A stretch of DNA of 64,000 nt from Leptonemataceae bacterium (GTDB lineage: Bacteria > Spirochaetota > Leptospiria > Leptospirales > Leptonemataceae), in assembly GCA_965227295.1 (NCBI GenBank), contig OZ245742.1, positions 3,136,001-3,200,000 of the forward strand, in the 5' to 3' direction. Under the pieces are notes generated by a model. The model made no database searches and was not told where the DNA came from. It saw only the letters and a program-made list of their open reading frames with translations. Positions 28,156 to 38,291 of the stretch are shown piece after piece (the first letter of the stretch is position 1; every line of letters begins with the position of its first letter). The position numbers were made by a program, and so were the translations under genes.

Positions 28156-29073
28156 TTACTTCTTCAGTGCGTCGATCTGACGCTGCATTTCGGCGGCGTC
28201 GGATTTGCGGTTATTGGTTTCGTAGAGGCTCTTGAGATTACGCAGAATCAGGATTTTTTCTTCGTTCGTTTCCGCCGCCTCCAGGCGCTGCTTGAGCAGG
28301 CGCTCCTGGATGGTCGCGGGGGGGACTGCCGCGGCTTTGCGCTGCGTTTCATCGGCCGCGTGTTCGGAATCGCTGAGAGCTGATTGCGGTGCCTCCCGTG
28401 AGGCGACCATGACGTCGTCCTCGCTTTCCGGGGCTGGCGGCGCGTCCGCTGCTTCGGCCGTCTCCCCTTCGCCGGGGGCCGGCGGTGCCGTGGCCAGGCG
28501 TTTTTCTTCGCGGTCACCGAAAGCCGCGCTCTCTTCGCGTTCTTCCCGTGCGCCGCTATCGGCTGCCACGGGCGGCGCGGAAGTGGCCGCGATGCTGTCC
28601 CCGTTGACGGGTTCGTCGTGCATGGCGACCGAGGAAGAAGAATCGCTTCCTCCGTAGTAGAGGGCGAAGGGCATCATGACGAAAACAAAGACCGCGGCGG
28701 CACCGGCCCAGTGCATGGTGCGCGACTCGCTGAACCACAGCTTCTCGCGCAGATACTCACCGAACAGGCGTTGTTTGATTTTCGCGGCGTAGGCCTCGCC
28801 GGTTTTCCGGCCGGCCGCATCCACCGCGTCGATTTCGTTGCGCAGGCGGACCATGAAGCCGTCGTCGAGACGGGCGGCACTCGCGTCCGCGGAACGTCCG
28901 AGTTCACCGAAGGCGGAACGCAAACGTTCGTCCAGAAAACGCTGGCGGCGGGCGGTCTCGCGATCGGCCTCGGAGAGCCGTTGCTCGACGGACGGGTCGA
29001 GGCTCAGCTCCGGGTCGCGGACGTATTCACCGATGTCGCGCAACGGCTGGTTGGTTTTGTCGGACGTGCTCAT
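28156..29073 (-). CDS. Putative single-TM anti-sigma factor-like protein
   Basis: Directly downstream of the ECF sigma. Cytoplasmic N-terminus, one TM, low-complexity acidic linker, helical C-terminus. Confidence 0.55.
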   Translation of the reverse strand: MSTSDKTNQPLRDIGEYVRDPELSLDPSVEQRLSEADRETARRQRFLDERLRSAFGELGRSADASAARLDDGFMVRLRNEIDAVDAAGRKTGEAYAAKIKQRLFGEYLREKLWFSESRTMHWAGAAAVFVFVMMPFALYYGGSDSSSSVAMHDEPVNGDSIAATSAPPVAADSGAREEREESAAFGDREEKRLATAPPAPGEGETAEAADAPPAPESEDDVMVASREAPQSALSDSEHAADETQRKAAAVPPATIQERLLKQRLEAAETNEEKILILRNLKSLYETNNRKSDAAEMQRQIDALKK

Positions 29074-29121
29074 GGATTTATAGTTTCATCGATTATAACA
29101 CTCGTCGATCGATGCGCTCCG

Positions 29122-29709
29122 CTAGATGTCGAAATAATCTTCGCCCCTCCCGTTGCGGATGATCGAACGCTTGAGCAACTCCCGCGCCTTAAACAGCCGG
29201 CTCTTGACAGTGCCGATGTTGACGTGGCTCAGCTCTGCGATCTCCTCGTAGGACAGATCATCGTAATAACGATACATGAGGATCTGCCGGTACTTGTCGT
29301 CGAGGCCCTTAATCTTCTGGATTAGATAAGCACCGTCGTCGGAAAGTTCGTGATTTTTTTCCACGCTGATGCGCTCGTCCGAAAGGATGGGCTCGTAGTG
29401 CTCCAGACTGTCCTGACTCTGGTTCTTCCGGGAGCGCAGGAAGTCCCGGCACTTGTTGACGGTGATGCGATAGAGCCAGGTGTAGATGCCGCTCTCGCCG
29501 CGGAACTTTCCCAGGGCCTTGTAGGCCGTAACGAGGGCGTCCTGTAAGACGTCCTCGGCGTCCTCGGCATCGCCGATGAGCGAGCAGGCCTTCCGGTAGA
29601 GCCGGATGCGATACTCGCCGACGAGCTCCATGTAGGCATCCCCGTCGCCGGCCTGCACGCGCTGGATCAACTCGCGCTCTTTCGCTCTCTGCTCGCTGAC
29701 CTGTTCCAT
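29122..29709 (-). CDS. ECF RNA polymerase sigma-70 factor
   Basis: DAEDVLQDA, TWLYRITVNKCRD, LSYEEIAE, GTVKSRLFKAR. Confidence 0.95.
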   Translation of the reverse strand: MEQVSEQRAKERELIQRVQAGDGDAYMELVGEYRIRLYRKACSLIGDAEDAEDVLQDALVTAYKALGKFRGESGIYTWLYRITVNKCRDFLRSRKNQSQDSLEHYEPILSDERISVEKNHELSDDGAYLIQKIKGLDDKYRQILMYRYYDDLSYEEIAELSHVNIGTVKSRLFKARELLKRSIIRNGRGEDYFDI

Positions 29710-29753
29710 CGTGCCTTTAATGTTCGCTAACCTCAGGTTTACGTTGCCGTCTC

Positions 29754-30467
29754 TCAGGCCCGGCTGTCCGCGGTTTTGCCGGCCTCTTCGGTAGAGTTCG
29801 CCGTTTCTTCACGCATACTTAACAGTAATAAAACAATTCCGACGACAATGAGGCTGTCCGCCAGATTGAACGTGGGCCAGCGTTCCATGGATAGCATGTT
29901 TAGAAGAAAGATGTCCCGTACGGCGTCCCAGCCGAACCAGATGCACTCTACGAAGTCCACCACGCCGGAGACGTGCCCGGGCTGCGGCGTCAGCGAAAAG
30001 ACCCATTCCCGCGTTTCCAGATTCTTCACGAACATTTTGTCTATGAGATTGCCGAAGGCGCCGGAGAATACGAAGAGCCAGGCGGTCTGGTAGCCCAAAC
30101 GGGGATGATGCCAGCGATAGAGAATGAGGAACAGCGTGGCGAAGACCGTGAGAAAGAAGCCGAGCACCGGCGCGGAGGGGCCCAGGCCGAAGACGAAACG
30201 ATCGTTGAAGACCAGGCTGAACTTGATGAGGTTGCCGTTTTCGCCCAGGATGTCGATTTGCCGGGTGCCGTCGGTTTCCGCCGGCGTCAGGGACACCGCG
30301 GAGGCGCGCTGGTGACGGCCCAGATTAAAGTTCAGATGGTCCGTGACGATCTTCTTCGACGCGAGATCGGCACCGACGAGAACGACAAACAGCAACAGCC
30401 ACACCTTCGGGAATACCTCGATAAAGGGGGCGGGAAACGAAAAGATCTTCCGGAACAGCGCTGACAT
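29754..30467 (-). CDS. lspA: Lipoprotein signal peptidase II
   Basis: DLASK, GAFGNLIDK, VVDF, WPTFNLADSLIVVG. Confidence 0.9.
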   Translation of the reverse strand: MSALFRKIFSFPAPFIEVFPKVWLLLFVVLVGADLASKKIVTDHLNFNLGRHQRASAVSLTPAETDGTRQIDILGENGNLIKFSLVFNDRFVFGLGPSAPVLGFFLTVFATLFLILYRWHHPRLGYQTAWLFVFSGAFGNLIDKMFVKNLETREWVFSLTPQPGHVSGVVDFVECIWFGWDAVRDIFLLNMLSMERWPTFNLADSLIVVGIVLLLLSMREETANSTEEAGKTADSRA

Positions 30468-30620
30468 TTCAGGTCCAATGTCCGCCTGGTTGGTCGCGCT
30501 GTCCAGGCAAATCCAGGCGTTACGGCGTATCCGGCCGACCCTGCGGCGTCCGGGCATCGGTTGCGGCCGCCGCGCGTTTTGTGCTGTAAAATCTCGCTGT
30601 GCTGGCTATCCTGTCCGCGT

Positions 30621-31946
30621 ATGAGTGCGACCGTCCTGGACACCACAACCCTTGACGATCTCGAAAGCTTCGAGCGGCAGTATCGTTCGATTCCCTTCGA
30701 GGCCATCCTCAAGCAGGACATCCTGCGCCTGGGGCTGAACTTCGACGAGGACTCCCTGGCCGGCGCGGAGTTCAAACAGAAGGACTACTTCATCTTTACG
30801 TTCGATCACGTCCCGCTGGAAGAGCAGGGCGATGCCATTCGCTTTCGCGTGCCGGAAGAGATTCGCCTGCGCGGCGGGCACTTCGAGCTGCTGCCGACCA
30901 TCGTTTCCGTGCGGGTGAATCCGGACTCACCGTACCGCGTGCGGGCGAACGTGCAGGGCAGCGGCGCACCGGCACTGTTTCTCGGCGATACGTTCCTGGG
31001 TGATGTGGAATTCCCGCCGGTGCCGTCCTGGTATCGTCATCGTACGGCGAAGGGCAAGTCACCGGGCGAAATCGCGCCGGTCATCGAGTGGGGGTACTTG
31101 ATTTATCTCACCGTGTTCCGAAACTGCCAGTACTTCGGGAAGACCGAGGAGTGCGCGTTCTGCGACATCAATCATAACTGGCGACAGCAGAAACAACAGG
31201 GCCGGCCGTACACGGGCGTGAAGTCCCTGGAAGAAATCCTGGAAGTCCTGGAATGGATCGACGCCGAGGACGACGTCGCAAAGGTCTATACGATCACCGG
31301 CGGTTCGGTGCTTGAACAACTGCGCGGCCGGAACGAAACGGATTTTTATTATCACTACGCCGAAGGCATCGAGAAACGTTTTCCCGGTCGCTGGATGGGC
31401 AAGATGGTCGTGCAGGCCTGGGAGAAAGAAGAGCTGCTCCGTTTCAAAGACGTGGGCATTCGTATCTATCATCCGAACTATGAGGTGTGGGATCCGAAGC
31501 TCTTCGAGATTCTCTGTCCGGGCAAAACGCGCTTCATCGGCCGCGAGACCTGGGTGCGGCGGATCGTGGAGTCGGCGGAGGTCTTTGGTCCGTCCGCGGT
31601 GATTCCGAACTTCGTCGGCGGCGTCGAGCTTTCGCGGCCCCACGGTTTCGCGACGATCGAAGAAGCGGTGGCGTCCACCGGCGAAGGCCTGGATTTTTTC
31701 ATGTCTCACGGTGTCGTGCCGCGTTTTACGACCTGGTGTCCGGAACCGTATACGACGCTCTCCAGCGAGGCGGAGCAGACCATGCCGCCGCTCAAGTACT
31801 TCCTGGAATTGCTGACCGTCTGGAAAGCGACGTTCGAGAAGTACAAACTTCCGGTGCCGCCAGGTTACGGCGATCCCGGCCCCGGCAACGCCGTGTTTTC
31901 GGTGAGCGCGTTTATGGATGTGATCGGCTACGAGGGGCGCGCGTAG
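30621..31946 (+). CDS. Radical SAM superfamily protein with atypical CX8CX2C motif
   Basis: CQYFGKTEECAFC, ITGGS, NYEVWD...CPGK. Confidence 0.8.
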   Translation: MSATVLDTTTLDDLESFERQYRSIPFEAILKQDILRLGLNFDEDSLAGAEFKQKDYFIFTFDHVPLEEQGDAIRFRVPEEIRLRGGHFELLPTIVSVRVNPDSPYRVRANVQGSGAPALFLGDTFLGDVEFPPVPSWYRHRTAKGKSPGEIAPVIEWGYLIYLTVFRNCQYFGKTEECAFCDINHNWRQQKQQGRPYTGVKSLEEILEVLEWIDAEDDVAKVYTITGGSVLEQLRGRNETDFYYHYAEGIEKRFPGRWMGKMVVQAWEKEELLRFKDVGIRIYHPNYEVWDPKLFEILCPGKTRFIGRETWVRRIVESAEVFGPSAVIPNFVGGVELSRPHGFATIEEAVASTGEGLDFFMSHGVVPRFTTWCPEPYTTLSSEAEQTMPPLKYFLELLTVWKATFEKYKLPVPPGYGDPGPGNAVFSVSAFMDVIGYEGRA

Positions 31947-32150
31947 GGTGAAGCGTTCCTTTTCTACATACGCAACCGTCGGGTGAAGCGTATCGTGAAG
32001 TAAAAACGTACTCCGGTGATGAGAGCCTGGCGTTGTTCGACGGCGAGTTGTGCCTGCGTGATGTCTTCGGCTGAGCGTCTCCGTACAAAGCTGCATTCAT
32101 CTTTTGCAATCTTGCGTTGACGACGATTCGCGGCGCGTGTAGCGTTCGTC

Positions 32151-33623
32151 ATGCGCCAGTTCCTGTTACTGCTCCTCGTTTGCCCCTTCACCGCGCCGCT
32201 CTTTGCCGATACCATCACGCACGACCGCCTGAGAGCGGAGTTGCCCGGCAATTGGAAGACCGCCGTCGATTCGAAGGGCAACGTCCTGCGAGCGCAGCCG
32301 GATTTCGCACCGAACGCGGGGCTCATCTTCGGCGCCTCGCAGGAATACCTCAACGGCACGGCGCCCCTTTCGCTAACGAGTGCCGCGCAGAAGCTTGAGA
32401 GCGGGCGTACGTTGCTTAAGGCGTTTCCGCCTCAGCCGCAAAGCGGGCTTACGAAGTCCGGCTACGGTTACGCCTTTCAGAGTCGCATCAGTCGCGGCAA
32501 GAATGCGAAGGACGTATGGTATGCGGCCTACTATACGTTTCCCGCGGGCGCGCGCTTTCAGACCATCGTGGCGCTCGCGCGAAGTAACGCGGATTTTCAG
32601 AAGATTGTTGAACAGGTTTCACCTGCCCTGGACGCGTCCGTGCAGGTAGAACTTCCGCGCGCAATTGTGCCGAAGGTTGCCGGGGTACGGGGTTCCGTAA
32701 AGTTTTTTAACTTTTCGATCGAGCTTCCGGCGGACTGGCGGATCGCGGAGCAGGTCTTTGCGCATCAGCTTCGTTACACGTCACCGGTGAAGCGACAGAT
32801 GTTCGCCGTGGATCCGTTTCCGGTCGTAATGGAACTACAGACCAGCCGCCCTGTGGATCCTCAGGCGGCGCTCGCTTCGTTTTTGTTGCGGCGGGCCGTG
32901 TGGAACTATCGCGGAAGCTACAGCAGCAGCGTGCAGCCGCAGATCGTCGCCGCGAGTGACGGTCGACTTTCGAACGGCCTGGACTTCGTGAGCCTGGTGA
33001 TCGACCGCGGTTATAAGTACAAAGACGACGACTCGTATCGCAGCGCCGGTTATCTCGTCTACGGCCCCGGTTATTCGTTGTTGATCGGCACGTCGATTCA
33101 ATTCGACGACTACAGCCGAAACTTCAAGCCCAAAGAGACGCGGGCGGACTTTCAGAAGTGGTCCGAGCTTTTCGAAAGCCTGCCGGCGCATCTCGCTACC
33201 CTGCAATTCAACAACGATGCCGTTCAACGCCGGGAGGACGTCGAGAAGTGGCTGCGGGAAAAAAAGACGTTTCGTTATCGCAGCGAGACGAGCGCGTCTT
33301 CCGGCGACGTTTCGTTTTATGCGAGCACCGACGTTCAATGGGACTTCGGCGCCGACAACAGCGTGCGGTACGACATGGAACGGGAGCGCGGTTTCAACGC
33401 CCTGGACTTCGACAGCATCGGCCGGCCCGACTATTCCTCGGGTTATCTGAGCGGAGACGCCGGCACGAAGAATCGGCCGGCCGTGTTTTCCGTATGGCAG
33501 GGCCCCGGCGACGAGGCCTATATCGTGGTGACGTACCCGTCCGGCCTGTCGACGTTCCACACGCTGCAAATCGCGGGGAACGCCTTTCAGATCGACGGCT
33601 ACCGCGACGGTTGTTGTCGTTGA
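32151..33623 (+). CDS. Hypothetical secreted protein
   Basis: Signal-peptide-like N-terminus (MRQFLLLLLVCPFTAPLFA), long beta-rich ORF, no recognised motif. Confidence 0.7.
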   Translation: MRQFLLLLLVCPFTAPLFADTITHDRLRAELPGNWKTAVDSKGNVLRAQPDFAPNAGLIFGASQEYLNGTAPLSLTSAAQKLESGRTLLKAFPPQPQSGLTKSGYGYAFQSRISRGKNAKDVWYAAYYTFPAGARFQTIVALARSNADFQKIVEQVSPALDASVQVELPRAIVPKVAGVRGSVKFFNFSIELPADWRIAEQVFAHQLRYTSPVKRQMFAVDPFPVVMELQTSRPVDPQAALASFLLRRAVWNYRGSYSSSVQPQIVAASDGRLSNGLDFVSLVIDRGYKYKDDDSYRSAGYLVYGPGYSLLIGTSIQFDDYSRNFKPKETRADFQKWSELFESLPAHLATLQFNNDAVQRREDVEKWLREKKTFRYRSETSASSGDVSFYASTDVQWDFGADNSVRYDMERERGFNALDFDSIGRPDYSSGYLSGDAGTKNRPAVFSVWQGPGDEAYIVVTYPSGLSTFHTLQIAGNAFQIDGYRDGCCR

Positions 33624-33657
33624 ACCGTCGCGGCCGTTAGATTGTACGGAACGAAAC

Positions 33658-34200
33658 TTACTGAGTCCCGCCGCCTTCCACGCGGGCCTTGAGGCCCTGG
33701 AGGCCTTCGCCCATGGCGTCGGTCATCATGCCTTTCAACATGGCCAGCATGTACCGTTGTACCAGGGGAATGCCGTGCATCTGCGTTTCATCGTGCCAGA
33801 CCACCTCGGTCTTGCCGTCGACCTCGCTTAACTCGAAGTAGCCTTCCGATGTACCCATGCCCTCTTCCATGTTGATGGAGTACGACATCCGTTTGCCGGG
33901 TTGATAGTCCTGCACCGTCAACGTGCCGACGGTCTGCGGACTATCCCAGGTCATGGACGAACCGGCGCCCTGTTCGGGACCGCCGTAGGTGTATTCGACA
34001 CCTGGCAGCGTTTCCGCGTTCCAGGCCGTCCACTCCGGCCACGTACGTAGTTTTGCGATGGGCTGGAAGACTTCCTGAGCCGGCGCCGTGACGGTGATAC
34101 GTTGTTCTACGACGGCCGTGTTCGGCAAAAAGAGTGCGATGAGCAAGAGCAGGGCGATAAGGCCGCCCAGGGCGATGGTGATGTACTTTATGATTTTCAT
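33658..34200 (-). CDS. SRPBCC/polyketide cyclase family protein
   Basis: N-terminal TM, APAQEVF, WPEWTAW, GAGSSMTW, GLQGLKARVE. GGAGG RBS. Confidence 0.85.
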   Translation of the reverse strand: MKIIKYITIALGGLIALLLLIALFLPNTAVVEQRITVTAPAQEVFQPIAKLRTWPEWTAWNAETLPGVEYTYGGPEQGAGSSMTWDSPQTVGTLTVQDYQPGKRMSYSINMEEGMGTSEGYFELSEVDGKTEVVWHDETQMHGIPLVQRYMLAMLKGMMTDAMGEGLQGLKARVEGGGTQ

Positions 34201-34326
34201 GGTTCCTCCAGGGACACGCGTACCGCGAGCGGTGAAAATAACAATTAAAAAACAGGTTAAGTATTAATTCGTGCGTGCGCGCAATATGTCGTTGCTTTCG
34301 CCGCGGCCTGATCTCTCCCTTCCAGT

Positions 34327-35634
34327 ATGCACTCCCAGGAATCCTTTGATGCCGAATACGGCATGTACATCGACGCCGAGGCCAACCGAACGCTGCGCCG
34401 GGCGGGTTTCTGGGCCGCCGTGCTCGGCTACGTCTGTACGTTGGGCATCGGCAGCAGCATGTTCGCCGGCGCGACACGGTCCATGGAGGTCCCGCTGATC
34501 TGGGCGTTCATCTGCGGCCTCTACTGCACCGCCGTCTACTTGCTTGCCCGGGCCGGAAGTATTCGCGGTGTGATGACTTACGGCGTGGTCTTCGGCTTCG
34601 TCTCGCTGCCTTCGGTCATTTACGTACTGAGTTTCTTCTTATTGGAATCGGGCACGGCGACGTACATCACCGGGCCGCCTTCGTATCTATATTTTGCCGT
34701 CGTCATCCTCAGTGGGTTCGCCCTGAATCCGCGCCTGACGATTTTCGCGGGCCTGGTCGGTAGTTTGCAGTACACGGTGGCCGTGCTGCTGGCCGGCAGA
34801 GGATTGCAGAGCATCCAGGCCGCGGACCCGCTGCTGCGTCAGGATCTGGTCGCTTTTCCGATCTACGCGTTTAAGTGCGTGTTGTTGTTCTTTTGCGGCA
34901 TATTTATGGGGACCTTTGCGAATACGGCCCGTCGTCTGATTGCGCGCATTCGTTCCGAAGAACGCGAGAAGTCGGCCATCAGCGGTTTGTTCGGTCAGTA
35001 TGTTTCGGAAGATGTGAAAGACCGCATCATCAGCGAAAAGAGCGGGACCATCGGTGAGCTGCGCATGGTGGCGGTGCTCTTTTGTGACATTCGCGGATTT
35101 ACGGCCTTCAGCGAACGTAACAGTCCGGCGGATGTGGTCACGCAGTTGAACGAGTACTTCGACGTGATGGTCGATGCGATTGCGCTGGAACAGGGCACGG
35201 TGGATAAATTCATCGGCGACGCGGTGATGGCCTACTTCGGCGGCCTGGTCGCACTGGAAGGACCGTGTAACGCGGCGTTTCGATCTGCCGTCGGTATGCG
35301 CCGCGGACTTTCGCGATTGAATCAACTCCGGGGCGAACGCGGACTCAGCCCGATTGAGAACGGCATCGGCCTGCACTTCGGGGAAGTGCTACAGGGCACC
35401 ATCGGCAGTGAAGATCGCAAAAACTTTTCGATCATCGGCGATAGTGTGAACACCGCCGCGCGGATCGAAGGATTGTGCGGCCGTTTGGGCAAGGCGATCC
35501 TGGTATCGGAAGGTTTTTATGCGGAACTGGGGTCGGAGGAACGCGCGTTGTGCCGGCCGGTGGGCCCGGAGCGGTTAAAGGGCAAAGAAGGGCCGCTCCA
35601 GCTCTACGAGATCGTCGAAACCTCGTTCGGCTAA
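34327..35634 (+). CDS. Membrane-bound class III adenylate cyclase
   Basis: ~6 TM, FGQYVS, LFCDIRGFT, DKFIGDAVM, IGDSVNTAARIE. Lys at the specificity site points to ATP. Confidence 0.9.
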   Translation: MHSQESFDAEYGMYIDAEANRTLRRAGFWAAVLGYVCTLGIGSSMFAGATRSMEVPLIWAFICGLYCTAVYLLARAGSIRGVMTYGVVFGFVSLPSVIYVLSFFLLESGTATYITGPPSYLYFAVVILSGFALNPRLTIFAGLVGSLQYTVAVLLAGRGLQSIQAADPLLRQDLVAFPIYAFKCVLLFFCGIFMGTFANTARRLIARIRSEEREKSAISGLFGQYVSEDVKDRIISEKSGTIGELRMVAVLFCDIRGFTAFSERNSPADVVTQLNEYFDVMVDAIALEQGTVDKFIGDAVMAYFGGLVALEGPCNAAFRSAVGMRRGLSRLNQLRGERGLSPIENGIGLHFGEVLQGTIGSEDRKNFSIIGDSVNTAARIEGLCGRLGKAILVSEGFYAELGSEERALCRPVGPERLKGKEGPLQLYEIVETSFG

Positions 35635-35651
35635 TCTTCTACGAGACGATG

Positions 35652-36236
35652 TTACGAAACTTCCGGAGTGAAGCCCGGAAGCGCGGCGACGTCGAAGCTC
35701 CACTCCGGCACGATGTTTGATGTGACGCTGCCGCTTTCGGCCGCGCCGCTGATGAGCGCATAGCGTTCCCGGGTCTCCGCGCGACCGAACACTTCAATGA
35801 TGCGGTGGGCCGGGTCCACCAGCCACAGCTCGGGCACACCGTGTTTTTCGTAGAGTTCACGTTTGCGATTGCGGTCTTTCAACGCCGTGGAGGGCGAGAG
35901 GATTTCGATGACCAGGTCCGGCGCACCGAAGACACCCCGTCGCCGAATGCGATCGGCGTGTTCCGTACTCACGAACAGAACGTCCGGTTGCAGCACCGTG
36001 TGCTTTGAAAGCACGACATCGATGGGCGCCCAGAAGACTTCTCCGAGGTTTCGCTCGCGGACGTGCGCCCACAACGAAGTTCCCAGATCCCGGGACGCCG
36101 TCTGGTGGGACGTCTCAGGGGCCGGCATTTGAAGCAGATCCCCTTCGAGAACCTCGTAGCGCGCCCCGTCTTCGAGGGCGTAGTAGTCCTCGTAAGACCA
36201 GGAATGAGAAGAAACATCGGCACGTTGCACAGCCAT
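35652..36236 (-). CDS. Uma2 family (DUF820) endonuclease-fold protein
   Basis: RYEVLEG, QPDVLFV, GAPDLVIEILSPST, KRELYEKHGVPELWLVDP. Confidence 0.93.
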   Translation of the reverse strand: MAVQRADVSSHSWSYEDYYALEDGARYEVLEGDLLQMPAPETSHQTASRDLGTSLWAHVRERNLGEVFWAPIDVVLSKHTVLQPDVLFVSTEHADRIRRRGVFGAPDLVIEILSPSTALKDRNRKRELYEKHGVPELWLVDPAHRIIEVFGRAETRERYALISGAAESGSVTSNIVPEWSFDVAALPGFTPEVS

Positions 36237-36295
36237 GACCTCGGACTCCGAAGAACAAAGTTGGGAAAGAGAAGAAAGTCAACATAAATCTGGCC

Positions 36296-36778
36296 TCAGG
36301 CAACACGGCAGGTGTTCCGGGGGAGGGGCCGCCGGTAGAGAGAGACACCACGCCGGTACAGATGCGGCAACAGCGGATACGGGCTGATGCCGTCAGCGGT
36401 CCGCTCTTCGGGGGACACGACAAAACGTACGGGGAGATCGTCCGCCATTGTCGGAAACCAGCGTTGCAATCGGAGTTCCAGTTCTCTGAGGGTTGCCGGT
36501 GACGGGCCGACCTCTTCGCTATCGAGGAAGATGCCCATCAAGTAGAACCGTGTTTCGGCGAAGCGGTCGGAGGTTTCCTCGCGCAGCGCGGATTCACGGA
36601 GCAGATTCACACGAGCCAGCGCGATGCATCGTACCGAAGTGAGTTTGAGGTGACTGACGAGCACCTGTAACGTGGCGCTCCAGTTGTACGGCACGGCAAA
36701 GTCCGTCGACAACCGGCACACGGCAGTACCGGCGCCGGCGAGGTATTGTTTGAGTTCGGGGATGTTGTTGAGTTGCAT
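36296..36778 (-). CDS. Hypothetical protein
   Basis: ATG ORF filling the gap between co-oriented genes, no firm motif. Confidence 0.45.
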   Translation of the reverse strand: MQLNNIPELKQYLAGAGTAVCRLSTDFAVPYNWSATLQVLVSHLKLTSVRCIALARVNLLRESALREETSDRFAETRFYLMGIFLDSEEVGPSPATLRELELRLQRWFPTMADDLPVRFVVSPEERTADGISPYPLLPHLYRRGVSLYRRPLPRNTCRVA

Positions 36779-36862
36779 GCGGAGGGATGGGGTAAAACCA
36801 TCCGATCGTTGCGCACTTTTTTCCGGTGTGCGGAAAATTTTACAGGAAGATGCGGCGGAGCG

Positions 36863-38191
36863 TTACAACGTAAAGTCGTGGAGTTGGTCCAGGCGTTGCG
36901 CCAGGAGACGCGCCAGGAAGATGCCGTAGTGCGGATGGTTCTTGATGGCGTTGATGAAGTTTTCTTTCGAAATGCGCATGCATACGCCGCGGCCGCGAGA
37001 GACGACGCGGGCGGAGCGGCGATTGTTTAGCAGAAAGGACATCTCGCCCAGAAAGATGTCGGCGTGGCTCAGCGTGGAGATGGTGCGTCCGCCGGCAATG
37101 ATGTCGAAGCGGCCGGAGATGATGTAGTAGAGATGACTGGAATGATCGCCCTGTTCGAAGACGACCTCGCCGTCTTCGAAGGCGACCTCTTCCTGGTTTT
37201 CAAAGACCCCGGGTACGATGTTCGACTCGTGATGCAGGTGATCGATCTCGAACGAGACCTCGTTGCCCTTGTCGTTGTAGCTCAGTTTTTCCAGGTAGTA
37301 GTCGGCGACCAGTAAGCCGCGGCCGTGGTAACGATGAGCGCCGGGATGTTCCCCGCTGCTTTCCGCATCCAGGGATTCATTGCGCGCTTCCTGCAGGCGC
37401 GAGCGCCAGTCGAAGCCGTCGCCCTCATCGCGAATGCGAAAGCTGGATTTCTGCGGGGTGATGCGATACGTCACATGGACCTTGCGCGCGCGGATGGCCG
37501 GGTCCTCGTTTTTTTCACGCACCAGTTCCAGGATGTCCGGCGTATGCGCCAGGAATTTCGTCTTCTCTTCGAACGTGATACGGCAGTTGCCGTGCTCGAT
37601 GGCGTTGATCAACAACTCCACCATGGCCGAGTAGAAGTCTTCTTTCTGTTCGTAGTTCACCAGGTTGGAATTGTACAGAAAGTTCGCCAGCAGATTCGAG
37701 TAGGTCGTGACGTCGAAGGGATCGTTGTCGATGACGAATTGTCCGGAGAGATTCGACTGGAGCAGGGCGTGAATGTCCCGCTGAAACAGGATGCTGCGAT
37801 TCTGTTGCAATACGTTCAGCACCCGCGTGAGATACGGTTCCAGGCGGGAGCGGCGAATGAGCGCGATGATGTTGATGCCGGCAAGGCGGTTCTGGAGTTC
37901 TTCTTCGACCTCGGTGTCGTAGACGATGATGCTGCCGCCGAAGTGCAGCCAGGGATCGGTCTTGATCGCGTCCAGCGCGCGCTGGACCTGGAGGCGTGAA
38001 TCCGGGTAATGGACGATGTCGATTTCCGGGAACTCGTAGTTGAGATACTGGATGAAGTCTTCTTCTTTCTCGTGAAACGCCGGTACAAACTCGGCCTCGC
38101 CTTCCTGCTCGTCGCCCCCGAAGGATGCGCAGACCCGCTCGATGATCGCGTTGACTTCGGCGTCGGTACTCAGGATCGCGATGTTCCGCAT
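36863..38191 (-). CDS. Receiver-like + RsbW-type HATPase + cyclic nucleotide-binding domain protein
   Basis: ELLINAIEHGN, IRDEGDGFD, HGRGL, YNDKGN; then VFEQGD, GEMSFL, RRSARV. Confidence 0.85.
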   Translation of the reverse strand: MRNIAILSTDAEVNAIIERVCASFGGDEQEGEAEFVPAFHEKEEDFIQYLNYEFPEIDIVHYPDSRLQVQRALDAIKTDPWLHFGGSIIVYDTEVEEELQNRLAGINIIALIRRSRLEPYLTRVLNVLQQNRSILFQRDIHALLQSNLSGQFVIDNDPFDVTTYSNLLANFLYNSNLVNYEQKEDFYSAMVELLINAIEHGNCRITFEEKTKFLAHTPDILELVREKNEDPAIRARKVHVTYRITPQKSSFRIRDEGDGFDWRSRLQEARNESLDAESSGEHPGAHRYHGRGLLVADYYLEKLSYNDKGNEVSFEIDHLHHESNIVPGVFENQEEVAFEDGEVVFEQGDHSSHLYYIISGRFDIIAGGRTISTLSHADIFLGEMSFLLNNRRSARVVSRGRGVCMRISKENFINAIKNHPHYGIFLARLLAQRLDQLHDFTL

Positions 38192-38291
38192 AGCCTCATT
38201 TCCACGAGCGCGCATCCGGGCGGCAATCAGAATTTCCGGACACGCCCGGGAAAGGGTGGACCCACCGGACGCCGGACGTAGCGTCTGTACT

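Noticed and set aside
31947..32150. Small gene or RNA in the gap with a GGTGAAGCGT direct repeat
   Set aside because: 10-bp repeat only, no convincing ORF or stable structure.
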